A stretch of 64,000 bases of DNA from an uncultured Verrucomicrobiae bacterium. Its GTDB lineage: Bacteria > Verrucomicrobiota > Verrucomicrobiia > Limisphaerales > UBA11358. Each line of letters starts with the position of its first letter. Positions within the stretch are counted from its first letter, which is position 1. The notes under the pieces are model-generated. The model had not been told where the DNA came from. It did no database searches and was given only the letters and a program-made list of their open reading frames with translations. The DNA lies in contig CAVPTH010000009.1 of the NCBI GenBank assembly GCA_963708525.1, positions 273,351 to 337,350 of the forward strand. Direction: 5' to 3'. Below are positions 61,917 to 64,000 of the stretch, in pieces. The position numbers and the translations under genes are program-made.

Positions 61917-64000
61917 ATGAAAATTCCAGCCCTTGTTGCCGTCCTGGCGATGTTCACTGTCAGCCCGCTGGCCGCCGCTGACAGCCCGTTGTTTCCCCGG
62001 GCGGACCTCATGCCGATCGGCGTTTATTATTACCCGGAAGCGTGGCCGTCGAACGAATGGGCGCGCGACATCGCCAACATCAAAAAAATGCATTTGGAAT
62101 TTGTCCACCTGGGCGAGTTTGCCTGGGCATTCATGGAACCGGAGGAAGGCAAGTTTGATTTCTCCTGGCTGGACCGCACCATCGAACTCTGTGCCCGGCA
62201 AGGCTTGAAAGTGGTTCTTTGCACGCCGAGTCCCGCTCCGCCGGTGTGGCTTTCGGAGGCACATCCGGAGATTCTCATGGTGAACGCCGAAGGGCGGACG
62301 ATGTTGCATGGCACCCGGCAACAGGCGAGTTGGAGTTCGGAGGTCTATCGCGAATATGTCGGCAAAATTGTGGAGGAACTCGGCAAACGTTATGGCAACG
62401 ACCCCCGCGTCTGGGGCTGGCAGCTCGACAACGAGTTGAGTCATTACGGCCATGAGCCTTCGTACGAGGAGGCCAGCCAGAAAAAATTCCGGGCGTGGCT
62501 CAAAAACAAATACGGCACGATCGACAACTTAAACGAGGCGTGGGGCACGGCTTTTTGGTCGCAGGTCTATCAGAACTTCGACCAGATTCGCATTCCGAAC
62601 AGCCAGGAGCTCGTAGCCCAGGTCAACGAACACGCGGAACTGGATGCGCAACGCTGGTTCGCGGAGGAAGCCGCCGATTACCTCCGCTTTCAGGCCAACA
62701 TCCTGCGGAAGTATTGCGGCCACCGCCAATGGATCACGAGCAACTTCATGCACATGTTCGCCGCGGTCAATCCGGCGCTTAATGGCGACGATTTCGAAAT
62801 CATCACCTGGACCCATTACCCGGCGCACGGCAATCTGAACGAAGGCCCGCTTGGCTTCCGTCTCGGCGGCGCGGCGGCGATGTCGTTCTCTCACGACTTT
62901 CATCGCAGCATCAACGGCTATGAGGGGTTGATGGAATTGCAGCCCGGCCAGGTGAATTGGGGGGATGTCAATCCGCAACCGTATCCGGGCGCTGTTCACC
63001 TGTGGATCATGCGCGCGTTCGCCGCTGACGCCAAAATTGTCTGCACCTATCGCTATCGCGAACCGCTCTCCGGTCCCGAGCAATATCATTACGGACTGGT
63101 CGGCACGGACGGCGTCACGCCCACGACCGGCGGCGAGCAGTATTCGCAGGCCGCGCAGGAGATGGCGTTGCTGCGGAAAAATTTCAAACCCGACGCGAAG
63201 GAGCCGGCTGCTTACGCCGCGCGCCGCACTGCCTTGCTCTACAACGTGGAGAGCCGCTGGAACATTGACGACCACAAGCAAACCGTGCGCTGGGACACGA
63301 TGGAACACATGCTTAAACAATATCGGGCCTTGAAACGCCTCGGCTGCCCGGTGGATGTCATCACGGAAGACAAGGATTTCAATCAATATCCGTTCCTGGT
63401 CGTGCCGGCCTGCCAGTTGGTGGACGGGAAACTGGTACGACGCTGGAAGGATTATGCGGAGCAAGGCGGGCATCTGATTCTTACCTGCCGCACCGGGCAG
63501 AAGGACCGCCACGGACACCTTTGGGAAGGACCGTGGGCGGCGCCCATTCTTGATCTCATCGGCGCGAAGATAAAATTCTACGATACCTTGCCCGAACCGT
63601 ATGTTGGCAAGGTGAAGGCCGGCAAACAAACCTTTGACTGGGCAACCTGGGCCGAAGTGCTCGAACCACAACCGGGCACCACCGCATTGGCCCATTATGC
63701 CGACCAATATTACGCCGGCGGCGTGGCAGCGGTGACCCGTCATCTGGGCAAGGGTACCGTAACGTATATCGGCGTGGACTCGCGAAGCGGCGAACTCGAA
63801 GCCCAACTCATCCGCGGTGTTTTTCAGCGGGCGGAGGTGCCGGTGGAAAATTTCGACAACGGTTTTCTGGTGGATTGGCGCGACGGTTTCTGGGTGGCCA
63901 CCAACTTCACCGAAAAGGACCAGCACGCGCCTATTCCGGGAAAGGCAAAGATTTTGATCGGCTCCGTCGATGTGCCAATCGCCGGGGTGGCCGTCTGGCA
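61917..64000 (+). CDS. GH42-family beta-galactosidase with signal peptide; 3' end beyond the window
   Basis: Absent from the ORF track because there is no stop. From the ATG at 61917: MKIPALVAVLAMFTVSPLAAA...IGVYYYPEAWPSNEWARDIANIKKMHLEFVHLGEFAWAFMEPEEGKFDFSWLD...WGWQLDNELSHYG...MELQPGQVNWG... Confidence 0.85.
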   Translation, partial: MKIPALVAVLAMFTVSPLAAADSPLFPRADLMPIGVYYYPEAWPSNEWARDIANIKKMHLEFVHLGEFAWAFMEPEEGKFDFSWLDRTIELCARQGLKVVLCTPSPAPPVWLSEAHPEILMVNAEGRTMLHGTRQQASWSSEVYREYVGKIVEELGKRYGNDPRVWGWQLDNELSHYGHEPSYEEASQKKFRAWLKNKYGTIDNLNEAWGTAFWSQVYQNFDQIRIPNSQELVAQVNEHAELDAQRWFAEEAADYLRFQANILRKYCGHRQWITSNFMHMFAAVNPALNGDDFEIITWTHYPAHGNLNEGPLGFRLGGAAAMSFSHDFHRSINGYEGLMELQPGQVNWGDVNPQPYPGAVHLWIMRAFAADAKIVCTYRYREPLSGPEQYHYGLVGTDGVTPTTGGEQYSQAAQEMALLRKNFKPDAKEPAAYAARRTALLYNVESRWNIDDHKQTVRWDTMEHMLKQYRALKRLGCPVDVITEDKDFNQYPFLVVPACQLVDGKLVRRWKDYAEQGGHLILTCRTGQKDRHGHLWEGPWAAPILDLIGAKIKFYDTLPEPYVGKVKAGKQTFDWATWAEVLEPQPGTTALAHYADQYYAGGVAAVTRHLGKGTVTYIGVDSRSGELEAQLIRGVFQRAEVPVENFDNGFLVDWRDGFWVATNFTEKDQHAPIPGKAKILIGSVDVPIAGVAVW

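Noticed and set aside
62529-63926. 465-aa minus-strand ORF, the longest listed ORF near the window end
   Set aside because: The plus strand reads continuously from 61917 to the window end as a GH42-type beta-galactosidase with clear motifs. The minus-strand product is Arg/Gly/His-rich with no recognisable motifs, as expected for a GC-rich antisense shadow.
1-64000. A search of the whole window for a defence, phage, secretion or biosynthetic gene cluster that could be the hidden system
   Set aside because: Every sizeable ORF is either a recognisable housekeeping, envelope or carbohydrate gene or a membrane protein of unknown function. No nucleases, ATPases, reverse transcriptases, integrases or toxin-like genes are arranged as a cassette. 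The most unusual signal I can support is the repeat architecture, not a gene cluster.

Overview
This is 64 kb of a moderately GC-rich bacterial chromosome. Gene content and repeat types weakly suggest a PVC-group, Verrucomicrobiota-like organism (inference only; no searches were possible). The window is a housekeeping/core region, not an island: I found no integrase, transposase, phage, CRISPR-Cas, toxin-antitoxin or recognisable defence genes. I call about 50 CDS and 2 tRNAs, Leu-GAG and Tyr-GTA. The CDS fall into these groups:
- Translation, transcription and secretion: smpB (partial), rpoZ, nusB, ftsY, ffh.
- Metabolism: ispA-type prenyl synthase, ribD, ribE, plsC-like, asnB, the C-terminal half of carB, class II fba, PCD.
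- DNA repair and uptake: addB, dinG, dprA.
- Stress and signalling: hsp20, a propeller-type histidine kinase with a NarL-type regulator.
- Glycoside hydrolases: GH29, a PF11790-like multidomain enzyme, and a partial GH42.
- Envelope and membrane proteins, several of unknown function.

The unusual content is structural rather than a gene cassette.
1. A family of hairpins is built from inverted tandem heptanucleotide arrays. Each copy uses a different heptamer but the same geometry. One copy lies in-frame inside dinG.
2. Several REP-like palindromic element families are present. Some copies apparently sit in-frame inside conserved genes (ribD, addB, an M20 peptidase), which resembles Rickettsia palindromic elements.
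3. Four +1 reading-frame breaks affect ftsY (twice), the GH29 and the PF11790-like hydrolase, and there is one possible -1 break in a membrane protein. All sit at short homopolymers, so assembly error is the most likely cause.
4. Smaller oddities include a split carB, an addB without addA, a DUF2339/DUF3999-like membrane pair, a GYF/TM2 membrane trio, a DUF4190-pseudopilin fusion, and a sigma54-like promoter in an AT-rich hsp20 leader.

All family names come from motif recognition by eye and need a database check.
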